A stretch of 63,252 nucleotides of DNA, the filler included, from Octopus bimaculoides (lineage: Eukaryota), in the NCBI RefSeq assembly GCF_001194135.2. It is 4 parts of 3 records of this genome, joined end to end, with 100 filler letters (N's around TTAATTAATTAA, not from the genome) between each part and the next. Parts side by side here need not be neighbours in the genome. Positions count along the whole stretch, not along the records: positions 1 to 29,098 come from NC_068987.1; 3 more parts are not named here. One strand, written 5' to 3'. Made by a program: the position numbers and the translations under genes. Below the pieces are notes generated by a model, which did no database searches, was not told the origin of the DNA, and saw only the letters and a program-made list of their open reading frames with translations. Shown in pieces: positions 12,251 through 23,522 of this stretch. The number at the start of each line of letters is the position of its first letter. Positions within the stretch are counted from its first letter, which is position 1.

Positions 12251-12589
12251 AGGAATGGCTGTGTGGTAAGTAGCTTGCTTACGAACCACATGGTTCCGGG
12301 TTCAGTCCCACTGCGTGGCACCTTGGGCAAGTGTCTTCTATAGCCTCGGGCCGACCAAAGCCTTGTGAGTGGAATTAGTAGACTGAAACTGAAAGAAGCC
12401 CGTCCGTTGACTGAACACTATTCAATTTTTTTTTCTCCGTGTTTTTCTCCTTGTCTCCGTATTCTTTCTGTTGAAGAGCGTAGCTCGAAACGTCAAAGAC
12501 TTTCCGTATTCCCGAGCGTCATACTAATATATACTTTTGTTATTTACACCACCTGTCCTCGTCTGTTGTTATTATTTGTATATTCTCCC

Positions 12590-12623
<34 letters not shown>

Positions 12624-12822
12624 GTCCCCCCCCCCAACATCGCTTGACAACAGATGCTGGTGTGTTTACACCCCCGTAACTTAGCGGTTCGGCAAAAGAG
12701 ACCGATAGAATAAGTACTAGGCTTACAAAGAATAAGTCCTGGGGTTGATTTGCTCGACTAAAGGTGGTGCTCCAGTATGGCCACAGTCAAATGACTGAGA
12801 CAAGTAAAAGAGAGTAAAAGCG
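12251..12822 (+). mobile_element. SINE family B copy interrupted by an HHR-bearing repeat (about 12410-12590)
   Basis: Family B head to aagcccgtc, then foreign sequence, then family B 3' half. Confidence 0.85.
12463..12499 (+). ncRNA. variant minimal type I hammerhead fold (core CUGUUGA, A6->U)
   Basis: Stem I TCTTT/AAAGA, CTGTTGA plus A, stem II GAGC-GTA-GCTC, GAAA, palindromic ACGT stem III, GTC site; related copies at about 16623-16655(-) and 47536-47562(-). Confidence 0.5.
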
Positions 12823-13487
12823 AGTGCTACTATTGCATATGGGCTTTAAACCATAGACTGTTACTATTGCAAAAGGCTCTAAAACATAGACTGCTACTAT
12901 TGCACATGGGCATTAAACCATAAACTGCTAAACGTGAGAAAAATGAAACATTTATACACATTGATACACTTCACTCATAAACCAGGCTTTCTTTATTGTT
13001 TAATATAAGCAGAGAACTGATTGAAGAAATATACAGCATTTCATTTTTTGATAATTAATGATCACTTTTATTGAATAAGTAGTTAACGAGCTTACTCTAA
13101 CTAATCTGAATTATAGATGTTGAGCCTCAGGTTAATCTTAATGAATCTGAATCTCAGACTTGAACGCTTTATTTGTGATAATCCATTTCTAAGACAGGAA
13201 ATTTTTCTCTCATTACAAAACCAATCCCTTCGACCTGGATGAAGGGCAATGTGGACATCGCCAGCATTTGAACCTAGAATGCAGAGAACTGGAAAGAGAT
13301 TGTAATGCATTCTACATGACGCTTTAACGGTTACACCAAACGACTGTCTTCACATACACACGCGCAGCGCATATGTACACTCTTTATATGCGTATATGTG
13401 TATGAATATATCTGTATATACAAATTTTTATGTGCATGTAAATCTATTTGTATGCATGAAAATATTCATGTACACACACACACACAC

Positions 13488-13547
<60 letters not shown>

Positions 13548-13673
13548 GTCTATGTATGCATTACGAGTGTTTGTGTATATATACATACACACATATATGT
13601 GTGTGTCTGTGCACATTGACTTGCGCTCACACACGCACACATATATATGCGTGCGTGCACATAGACTTACGAA

Positions 13674-13704
<31 letters not shown>

Positions 13705-15225
13705 CAGTAATGCTCCAATAGTAATGTTTCGATGTGGCCTTACCAACAGTTTCTGTAAAGAATCGATAATTTAAATTCTATGGCTTGAAGCTCAACTGTT
13801 GTCAAATACTTATAGAACGCAAAGTGGAAAATCTGTACCTGGGAAGTGTATCTTTTGAAGGAGCTGTCCTATGACGAGGAGAGAAAGAGAATGCAGCTAA
13901 AATCGTTGAAGCTCTTTTAATAGCTTCTTTTCTTAATGTTTAAGTGGTGCTTATTTCAGTGTGATAGAGTGATACATTTATGCAGCTGAAATATGTGAAA
14001 GTAAAACTTAGTAAATCTGAAAATATAATAAAAAATAAATGAAGAGCAGTTCTGTTTGCACGTTTAGCACTTTAATTATTCATATTTATTCAAGTATAAA
14101 TTGCAACATCTAGTTGAAGTGGGTTTAATATTTCCATTGTTATATGCAAAAAGATGCGATTTTCTTTGTAGAAATTTCGATATTTTTCACGTATTGTAGT
14201 TCCTATGGTATAGAAAAGGTCTATGCGATATGAATATATATGTATATATATTTATTTATTTAAGCAATAGCGGGTACGCATATGAATAAATTTACACATT
14301 AGTCATGATAAAATCTTTTAAACAAATATATGAATAGACTCCACAACCACACAACACACACTCGATCTCTTCAACCATTGGCAACCTGCGTTTGAGAATT
14401 TATAACATCCTGTTTTTATAAATGTTTTAAGCTGAATTATATAATATGTTCTGTAAAGGATACATTAATTCATGACTATGGAATGAGAAAAAGCATACCA
14501 ATATAGGCGCAGGTATGGCTGTGTGGTTAAGAACCTCGCTTTGCAAGCACTTTGTTTTCGGGTTCAGTACCACAGTGCGGCACTTTGGGCAAGTGTCTTT
14601 TACTATAAGCCCCGACCAATTCCTTCTGAGTAAATTTGGTAGACTATAACTATGTAGGAAACCGTTGTATTCATGTGTGTATGTGTGTGTGTGTGTGTGT
14701 GTGTGTTTGAGTTTGTGTTTGTATCCCTCCATCACTTGATAACCAGTGTTGGTTTGTTTACGTATACGTAGTGAGCGATAGAATAAGTACTGGGGTTCAA
14801 CTTTGAGAATTAAACCCGTCGTGGTGGTGCCCATATGTGGCCACAGTCTAATGACTGAAACAAGTAAAAGACCAATGTTAATTTGGTTATTAGTGCCCTA
14901 CATCCAAAAGATCAATTTATTTCATTGGGCCTATCACTTTTGCTCGCCATTGTCACTGTTTATTTTTCGTTTGTTTTGCTTTCAAGGATCAAACTATGCA
15001 AATCTTGTGTCAACAGTGAACTGCATCAACTCCAATAAAACGAGAACGTTTGCACAGCCGCTGGTTGGGGGGGGGCCTTGCAATCAAAAAACAAACACGA
15101 AATACGAAATATACATACATGCAAACACACGTGCAAACATACATAGACGCATACGAACATATATATACATTTGTATACATGTGTGTGCGAGTATATATAT
15201 ATATATATGTATGTATGTGAGTATA

Positions 15226-15272
<47 letters not shown>

Positions 15273-15273
<1 letters not shown>

Positions 15274-16136
15274 GCGGTCTGACCAATAAGTATCCGGACT
15301 GTTGCTATAGTAACGAAGCTAAAGCACGGAGAGTAAAGTCGCTTGGCACAGATTGACCTTGAACTTTGTTGTGCATGCGCACTAAGTTTTAATGTTTTAA
15401 CTTACTTCCGCTATTTGCAGCAGTGCTCGGAAGGAACATGTGTAGCGTGTGATCGTCGCATTGACAGTGACAGACCAAGTTGAGCAGAAAATATGCATCA
15501 AATTTTGCCAAAAGCTTGGCGATACCGGCTCAGAGGCCTACGCAAAGTTTTCAAAAGCTTTTCACCGTTCTCGACACAATCAATATCGTATGCAACTGCA
15601 ACCGGGTGTCTTTTTGTTCAGCTGAAATCAGTTTTGGCACAGACTTGGCAGACACGCGTCTCATACCCAAATCTTCTCTGATAATGGACTGAACTGAACA
15701 GTGACTAATCTGCACATCCTATGATAACACATGGATGGTGATTCGACGATTTCCCCTCACAGCTGTACGCACATACGCGATGTTTTTCTCAGTTCTGCTG
15801 GTTGCAGTCCTCCCAGAACGTTGGTCAATATCGACAGTTTTTCGGCCATCTTGGAAACGTCTGAACCACTCGTACACTTGTTTACGGATCATACACTTCT
15901 CTCCATACAATTTCTGTAACTTTGCCTCTGAGCACGTATCGCCATGACAATTTTCTTTGTTATGGTCAATGTGACGATTACACGCTACACACCTTATTTC
16001 CAAGCACTGCTGTAAACAGCGGAAGTGAGCTAGAACGTTAAACTTAGTGCACATGCACAGCAGAGTTCAAGGTAAATCTGTGCCGAGCGGTTTTACTCTG
16101 CGTGCTTTAGCTTCGTTACTATGAGAACAGTTCAGA
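15273..16136. mobile_element. non-autonomous mariner derivative: two inverted copies of the element 5' end around a degenerate transposase N-terminus
   Basis: Minus-strand ORF contains VYEWFRRFQDGRKTVDIDQRSGR (mariner HTH-type); 15297-15547 is the reverse complement of about 15920-16131. Confidence 0.85.
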
Positions 16137-16296
16137 TCTGACCTCGTATATATCCATTTGTTCTCTGTCAGCATAATGTAGTAATGTTTCTCTGAAGAAC
16201 CGTTGTAGCCGGCATCTAATTCGTTTATGGACCCACACCGTAAAGAATACAAATAACCACCATGGAAAAACGTGCGTCAATTTTTCCCTATATTTA

Positions 16297-16517
16297 CAAC
16301 GAGGTGCTGAAAAGTTCCTGGTTTTGCGTAAAAGGAAGTACAGGAGGATCAGTTAATTATGATTTTATTCAGCATTTTATTCCCTTCTCAGATCCACACA
16401 CTTATTGCAGTGATCTTTCCGTTTTTCTAAGCCCTGTAAAAGAATTCGGAAGATTGGGCCTCAAACCAGGCCTTTCGTGATACCCTTAAAACCAAGAACT
16501 GTTCAACACTCCCTCGT
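16297..16517. mobile_element. mariner-type MITE, second copy
   Basis: gaggtgctgaaaagttcctgg ... ccaagaactgttcaacactccctcgta. Confidence 0.8.
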
Positions 16518-16519
16518 AT

Positions 16520-16950
16520 ATATATATGGAGAATTCACAAGAAGAAAAAACAAAAGACGAAGACAGGTGGAGTAAAAAAAAAACATGAATTTTTATAACG
16601 CTCAGGAATTAAAAAAGTATTTAACGGTTCGAGCCTACGCTCTTCCACAGAAAGGAACACAGAAAGAAACAAGGAGAAAAACAAGCAGAGAAAAAAATGT
16701 GTGTAGTGGTTAGAATGCCGGACAGAAGGGTCACACAGGAGAGCTAAGAAGAAGAGGAGATAACAAAGTAGTTGTGATCCCAAAACGAAGGTGCGCGTGT
16801 GTAAGAGAGAACGTATGTGCGTGTGAAAGAGGGCTGGCGATCTTGACGCATGTGTGTGTGTGTATGTGTAGGTGTGAAAATGTGTGGATGGGAATTGGTC
16901 AGTGCTGGTGTGTTCGTGTGTTGTGATGTAATGTGTTGTGTGGTATGGTG
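16520..16950 (-). mobile_element. PLE-pLTR-like repeat (same family as 12410-12590, 47480-47620 and 49908-49990)
   Basis: Shared motifs gagcctacgctcttc and gacgaagacaggtgg; degenerate HHR motif. Confidence 0.55.
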
Positions 16951-16982
16951 TAGTGTATATATATATATCTTGTTTTTCGTAG

Positions 16983-17089
16983 GTTTCTTCAGCTGACTGG
17001 TTTCAACACAAAAGACGTTCTCGGAAAATCGGCTTATCTATTCGTTCATGGAGGAGACATGGAATATGTCGCTAAAGCTCACAAAGAAA
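16983..17089 (+). CDS. bHLH-PAS exon: PAS-B (R)FLQLTGFNTKDVLGKSAYLFVHGGDMEYVAKAHKE
   Basis: cttgtttttcgtag acceptor, GAAA|gtaagt donor, 107 nt, phase 2-1; PAS-B motif G-x-x-x-x-D-V-L-G-x-S-x-Y-x-F-x-H. Confidence 0.92.
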
Positions 17090-18899
17090 GTAAGTTACTC
17101 CCAACAAAACGCTTATAGTGTATAAGTTATCTGCTGCTAGTTCGTGAGTCTTCAATTCGTAAGTAGTCCACTGCAGATTATTCGCGTTTTGGCAACTCCC
17201 ATTTCTTTCTTTGTTTTTTTCTTTTGGTATACATTTATTCTTATTTATTACAGCGATTGGAGGTGTGTGATCAAAATACACAGACATAAATTAATCTTGT
17301 CCCCGCATTTTGTAAATCAAACGAATGATAAATTTATTGACACCAAACTCGTGGCCTACAGCAACGAAGCTTCATCAGTCACGTATTTTCTTGATCATCT
17401 CCATTTTTCCTGTCGAGAATGCACTCGTCTCTGCCTTTCGTTTCGATCAAGTGCCTTCATATTCTTTCGGTTCAGATGGATAAAATGACATAAACCCGAA
17501 TGGAAAATATACAGAATCGTAACGCGGTCAGAATCAGAGTATTCTTAGTTGATGAACTTTGTGGATGGTAACTGGGAGGCGTTTTTGCGGTACAAGCAGA
17601 ATCTTTGATTGGTTATTGACCCGTGTTATCGCAGATCAATCTGATAAGGACTGCCCACATGGCATTTACAGGAACGTCAATACTTTGGCGTGATTAATGT
17701 CACTCTTGAAATTTTTCACGTTCACAGCTAAGGAAAATACATAGGCAAGGGGATAGAAATTCCAGATGGTTGACATTCAGAGGAGAGAAAATAAGTAGCT
17801 AGTTGAGGGTCTTTGGATGAAGAAAAAGTCCACAAATTTATATATTTTGAGATGGACCATTAAAGCGATTTATTTCCTATCTGCTGAAATTTCTAAAATT
17901 GAGAAAATTAATGAGTAAAAATTTTTTTAATTTAAAATTAATGAGAATAATTATTAGAGGGAAGAGCAAGCTCATTACCCCATCAGCAGGAAGGAACACG
18001 GCTGGTGCTGCAGTAGGAGGACTGGGTTTTAGGCGCAGGAGTGGCTGTGTGGTAAGTAGCTTGGTTAGCAACCACATGGTTCCGGGTTCAGTCCCACTGC
18101 GTGGCACCTTGGACAAGTGTCTTCTACTATAGCCACTGGCCAACCAAAGCCTTGTGAGTGGACTTGGTAGACGGAAACCGAAAGAAGCCCGTCGTATATA
18201 TGTATATGTATANNNNNNNNNNNNNNNNNNNNNNNNNNNNNNNNNNNNNNNNNNNNNNNNNNNNNNNNNNNNNNNNNNNNNNNNNNNNNNNNNNNNNNNN
18301 NNNNNNNNNNNNNNNNNNNNNNNNNNNNNNNNNNNNNNNNNNNNNNNNNNNNNNNNNNNNNNNNNNNNNNNNNNNNNNNNNNNNNNNNNNNNNNNNNNNN
18401 NNNNNNNNNNNNNNNNNNNNNNNNNNNNNNNNNNNNNNNNNNNNNNNNNNNNNNNNNNNNNNNNNNNNNNNNNNNNNNNNNNNNNNNNNNNNTATATATA
18501 CATATGTGTGTGTGTGTGTGTGTGTGTGTACATATATATATATCTATATGTATGTATGTATGTATGTATGTGTGTGTGCGCGCGCGCGCGTGCGTATGTT
18601 TTTGCTTGTATAAGTGCACATAAGTGCGTTAATATACATGTGTACAAATATATTTATATCTGTGAGTATGTATGTATGCATGCATGTATGTAAGTATGTA
18701 CATGAATGCATAGGTCATTGACGCAGTTCTATTTCTACCAAATTACACTCAAGAATTACTGACCAATCCGTTGTCAGATAGAATCCAAGTTTCCAATATG
18801 TTACCCAGTGGGTTTCAACACGGAAGCACATATTTGCTAAATGATTTTTCCTATCACCGCCATACCTGCACCCATATAACATTGATCTTTTTTCTTTAG

Positions 18900-19047
18900 T
18901 GGTTGAAAAAAATATTGTCATGGAAATTGTATTTCGGAGCACCACTAAAAGCCAAGGGATTTATTTCACTAGTAGCAGGACATTTGTTATACGAGACAAC
19001 TGGACAGAAAAGCCGAAAATGATTATTGCTGTGAATCACGTCATCAG
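18900..19047 (+). CDS. bHLH-PAS exon: PAS-B C-terminal part (M)VEKNIVMEIVFRSTTKSQGIYFTSSRTFVIRDNWTEKPKMIIAVNHVI(S)
   Basis: cttttttctttag acceptor, TCAG|gtactt donor, 148 nt, phase 1-2; WTEKPKMIIAVNHVIS resembles CLOCK/BMAL-type W-x-x-x-P-E-F-I-V-x-x-N/H-x-V-x-S. Confidence 0.92.
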
Positions 19048-19285
19048 GTACTTTTTTTGTTCTTTTTGCTTTTTAATTTTGTGCTGCTGTTGACGGGTTA
19101 ACCGAAGTAGTCGTCCTATCTACTTCAAAACTGTAATGTCTTAAACAACAATACTTAACTGTAAAGAGCCATTCATTTTGCTGTACATAAGTGCTATGAA
19201 TTTCAAAGCTCACCACTATACTTTCAACCCAGTGATTTCAAAATTTAGAGAAATCAACACGCATTTATGCACACGCACATACACG

Positions 19286-19327
<42 letters not shown>

Positions 19328-19416
19328 TATGCATACACACACACACTCACACATTAACACACGCACACGCGATACATATATGTATGCTTATATATACATA
19401 TATATGTTTATATATG

Positions 19417-19464
<48 letters not shown>

Positions 19465-21229
19465 TATTATTATAATTATAGTTATGATAATTAAAAAGTG
19501 ATACATGTTATAATTTAGAACAAACTATAAGTTGTCATTATAGTGAACAGAGTTTCGAATGTCGGAGCGAAGAGCTACGATGCATTCTCGTAGGCTATTA
19601 ATGGCAACAGAGGCTATGAAAAACTGCTGAATAAAAGTGAAAGTTACGCTAATAGGTAGAAAAAGAAAAAAGAAAAAAGAAAAAATACACGCAACTATAT
19701 TCTCACAATACAGACATAATCCACCTGCGTTCATAACGTCTACATACGTACACACTTACACAAACATCTATACGTACATGCATATACACACACACACAAG
19801 CATATATGTGCTTGTACGTACTCATACGTACACACTCCCGCAAACACGTATACACATATATATTTGTACATATATATATATATATANNNNNNNNNNNNNN
19901 NNNNNNNNNNNNNNNNNNNNNNNNNNNNNNNNNNNNNNNNNNNNNNNNNNNNNNNNNNNNNNNNNNNNNNNNNNNNNNNNNNNNNNNNNNNNNNNNNNNN
20001 NNNNNNNNNNNNNNNNNNNNNNNNNNNNNNNNNNNNNNNNNNNNNNNNNNNNNNNNNNNNNNNNNNNNNNNNNNNNNNNNNNNNNNNNNNNNNNNNNNNN
20101 NNNNNNNNNNNNNNNNNNNNNNNNNNNNNNNNNNNNNNNNNNNNNNNNNNNNNNNNNNNNNNNNNNNNNNNNNNNNNNNNNNNNNNNNNNNNNNNNNNNN
20201 NNNNNNNNNNNNNNNNNNNNNNNNNNNNNNNNNNNNNNNNNNNNNNNNNNNNNNNNNNNNNNNNNNNNNNNNNNNNNNNNNNNNNNNNNNNNNNNNNNNN
20301 NNNNNNNNNNNNNNNNNNNNNNNNNNNNNNNNNNNNNNNNNNNNNNNNNNNNNNNNNNNNNNNNNNNNNNNNNNNNTATATATATATATATATATATATA
20401 TATCATAAAAGAAGGAAGATGCTCACAGTTTACATAGTTTTAATATATTTTAAATGAAAGAATATTTTGTTTGTCGACCGGTTTCGCTCTTGCTAATCAT
20501 GTCATTGAAATTATTGCAATTTCGTATTTTCTTAAGAAGATTTTAGTCCGTGTTCTTGTGTGAAAGTTTGTGAATGAATAAAAAAGTAGAAAAATCTAAG
20601 GGGAGGTAATTGGTGATAGTTATTTCTCGGGACAGGGGAGGTAATTACTCATTTTTTGAATGAGTTAAATAGACACACAAAAACTTATAAGCTAAAGTAG
20701 TGAGATGAAATATGTACAGTGATGGATATGTAATCATGAATTAAAACATATACTGAGGCCAAAGTTTGTTATGCGTTCATATTTAGGAGTGTTCTGTATT
20801 TTTCAATTAATAAATTTTCTTTATTTAAACGTTCTTGTACAGAAATTGTTTCTTTAAACTGATAGATGGGGAAAACAGAAATTTGGTTTGAGATTCCCTG
20901 CACATAGGAGTGACAGACATTTAATCTTGGTTTAGATATCTATCTAGGAGAAAGAAATTCCGAAGTAACACCCACCTCATTGCGAAACCGGAGATTTTGC
21001 TCTTGCTTGTTTCTGAACTTCTTAGCTTTGTAAGTGAGAATCTTAGCAGTGTTTTGCAAGCTGTTGTTGAGTTTAGATATCAGCACAGACATTGATAATG
21101 GCCTGTCTTTAACATCTAGGATAATATCATTTGTCAGTGATCGTCACACTCGTCTATGAGTTGAGAGCTACTATGATACATGTATGTACTTCATAAATAT
21201 ATTACTCATGAAAATTTTAATTTTCATAG

Positions 21230-21344
21230 CGAGAAACAAGGAAAATCCATGCTGATTAATCAAATAGAAGGTTTACAGAGTACCATGCCTATGAATACGG
21301 AAAATTATCTACAGGAATTATACCAAGTCGGAATTTGTACATAA
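21230..21344 (+). CDS. bHLH-PAS probable last coding exon (S)EKQGKSMLINQIEGLQSTMPMNTENYLQELYQVGICT*
   Basis: ttttaattttcatag acceptor in phase 2; open to TAA 21342-21344; joining exons without 6668-6721 gives 741 nt (247 codons including the stop) in frame; donor CAAG|gtaaac lies 10 nt after the stop. Confidence 0.7.
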
Positions 21345-23094
21345 ATATATCAAGGTAAACTATGTGTCCTTGGACATATCTTTATGCTTACTAGAACACA
21401 TTTCAGATCCTTCATCTTCATTACATAGAGATGTTATAAGAAATTCGTTGCAATTCTCCACGAAGAAATTGTATCATTGCACCGAAAATGATCGGCAGAT
21501 ATGAAGTTGAAGGTGAATTTGATGTGCCATTTTTCCTTTAAATATATGAACACAATAAAGGGAATTCGTGGTGTGGCATTTATACGAGAGAAAGCTTAAT
21601 CGCAACATACTAACATTGCAAAAAAAAAAAAAGATAATAAAGAAAAAAAAAAACACTTGCTAATTACACAGCACTTACGTGTGGCTTAGTCGTTAGAGCA
21701 TTGCACTCACAGTCGCGTGATCGTTGTTTCGACTCCCATATCAGTTTCGACTCCCAGATCAGGTGCTGCGTAGTGTTGTTGATCAAAACGCTTCATCGCG
21801 CTTTCCTTTGTGATCATTTCGACATCTGATGCGTGATGCATCATGCACCAGTACAAGCAATGTCGATTAGATGGAGAAAGGGAGCTAATGCATAGCATAA
21901 ACATTTAATCACAAATATTCTGTGCAATTTGTCGAACAAGAAATTACGGCGCCCCCATCTGTCGTCTGAGCCAGGAAAACATACGACTCACGCAGCATGT
22001 TTTCTGTAGGGACATCTTTACAGTAAAATTGAATGGTTGCTACAAATACAATTAGTGTCTTTCTGACTCTCATCTTTTTAGCTACAAAACGTGAAGTATC
22101 AGTTGATAGAAATAGCCAAGTAGATGGGATACCGAATGTTTAGAAGGACGAGAGGTGCATGTTCATGGCCAACATACTAGGTTCTCAACAGCTTAGCTTA
22201 TCTAGCTCCACGTCGATATAATCCAGTTATGCGTTATAATCCAGTTACGTAAGCAAATAGTAGATGCATAAAGTTCACGAATATTTCGTTTATTCGTCGT
22301 GAAGAATTACTGTTCTGTTATCTTGGATCTTATAAGGATGCGTTAACAACGCATTTCTACGTTAAACTTGATCACTACCACAGCAAAGTCAAGTCAACAA
22401 TGAATGAAATTTTCCATAGATACACAAGATCGTGCCTCAGTAGAATTGGTTTTAACAACTCAATGCAATAAAGTCAAGGGTTTTAAATTATATATACTCT
22501 ATCAATAACTAATTAATCCTAATTAAAAAAGTAGTGATTAGTCTGATTTTAATTCCTGTCGTGGTTTGTCTTTCAACGTCTGAAGTTCGATAAAATATAG
22601 TTGCAGTCAAGTAGTGGGGTCTGTATAATCAATTGTATCTTCTCCCATGAATCTCTGGCCTTGAACTCAAGACAGAGGTAATATTCGTTCTAAAAAAAGA
22701 AAGTAAGCATACCACGTATCGTAAGACTCACAGGGCCGGCCACCCACATTTCATGGAATATAAATGGCTGAGATCACAGCATTCTCTCTGAACGGGACGT
22801 CAGTCCGTCGCATTGCTAGTCATTTAGAGCTGTGTGAGATGGAACAACGTGAAATGAAGTGTTTTGCTCAAGAACACTGTCCGGTCCGGGAACACGAAAC
22901 CACGATCTTCCAATCGTGATTGCAACACCATAACCAGAGAGCCACGCGTCTTCCCTACAGACATGGTACTCCTATCACTATATGGAAGACAGCAACATAA
23001 CTTCAACGTACATTAAAATACATGATCCACTAATTACATGTAAACAAACAGAGCCAGTAAGATAAACAGTTTTAACAGTTTATTATTATGAAAT

Positions 23095-23522
23095 AAGGGT
23101 TTCAAATTTTGGCACCAGATCAGCAACTTTAGGGGATAAGGTAAGTCGATTATATCGACCCCAGTTCAAAACTGGTACTTGTATCGATTCCGAAGGGACG
23201 AAAGATAAATTGGAAATCAGTGGAATTTAAACTTTAAAAAAAGGAGAAATGTTGCTAAGCCATTTGTCCAACGTGGTAAAGATTCTGCCAGCTCACCGCC
23301 TTATTGTAAAATTATCATTGTTTCTGCTTCAGACACAAGGTTTGAAGTTTTGAGGGGAGGGGCAGTGGATTACATTTGACTCCAGTGCGTGACTGGTACT
23401 TATTTCATCGACCCTAAACAGGGACGAGAAGCAAAGTCGACTCAGCGGAATTTGAACTCAGATCGTAAATGCCGTTAAACATTTTTGTACGACATCGTAA
23501 CGATTTAGCCAGCTCACCGCTT
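23095..23522 (-). mobile_element. two tandem family A SINE copies
   Basis: Reverse-complement family A motifs gattctgccagctcaccgcc occur twice. Confidence 0.8.

Larger units (their letters stand above)
12186..12930. repeat. about 33-bp minisatellite (ACTGCTACTATTGCANATGGGCTTTAAACCATAG)n split by a SINE
   Basis: 2 units at 12186-12252 and about 3 units at 12824-12930. Confidence 0.85.

Noticed and set aside
12186-12930. Regularly spaced about 33-bp repeats superficially like a CRISPR array
   Set aside because: Head-to-tail minisatellite with no unique spacers, in eukaryotic DNA with no cas genes
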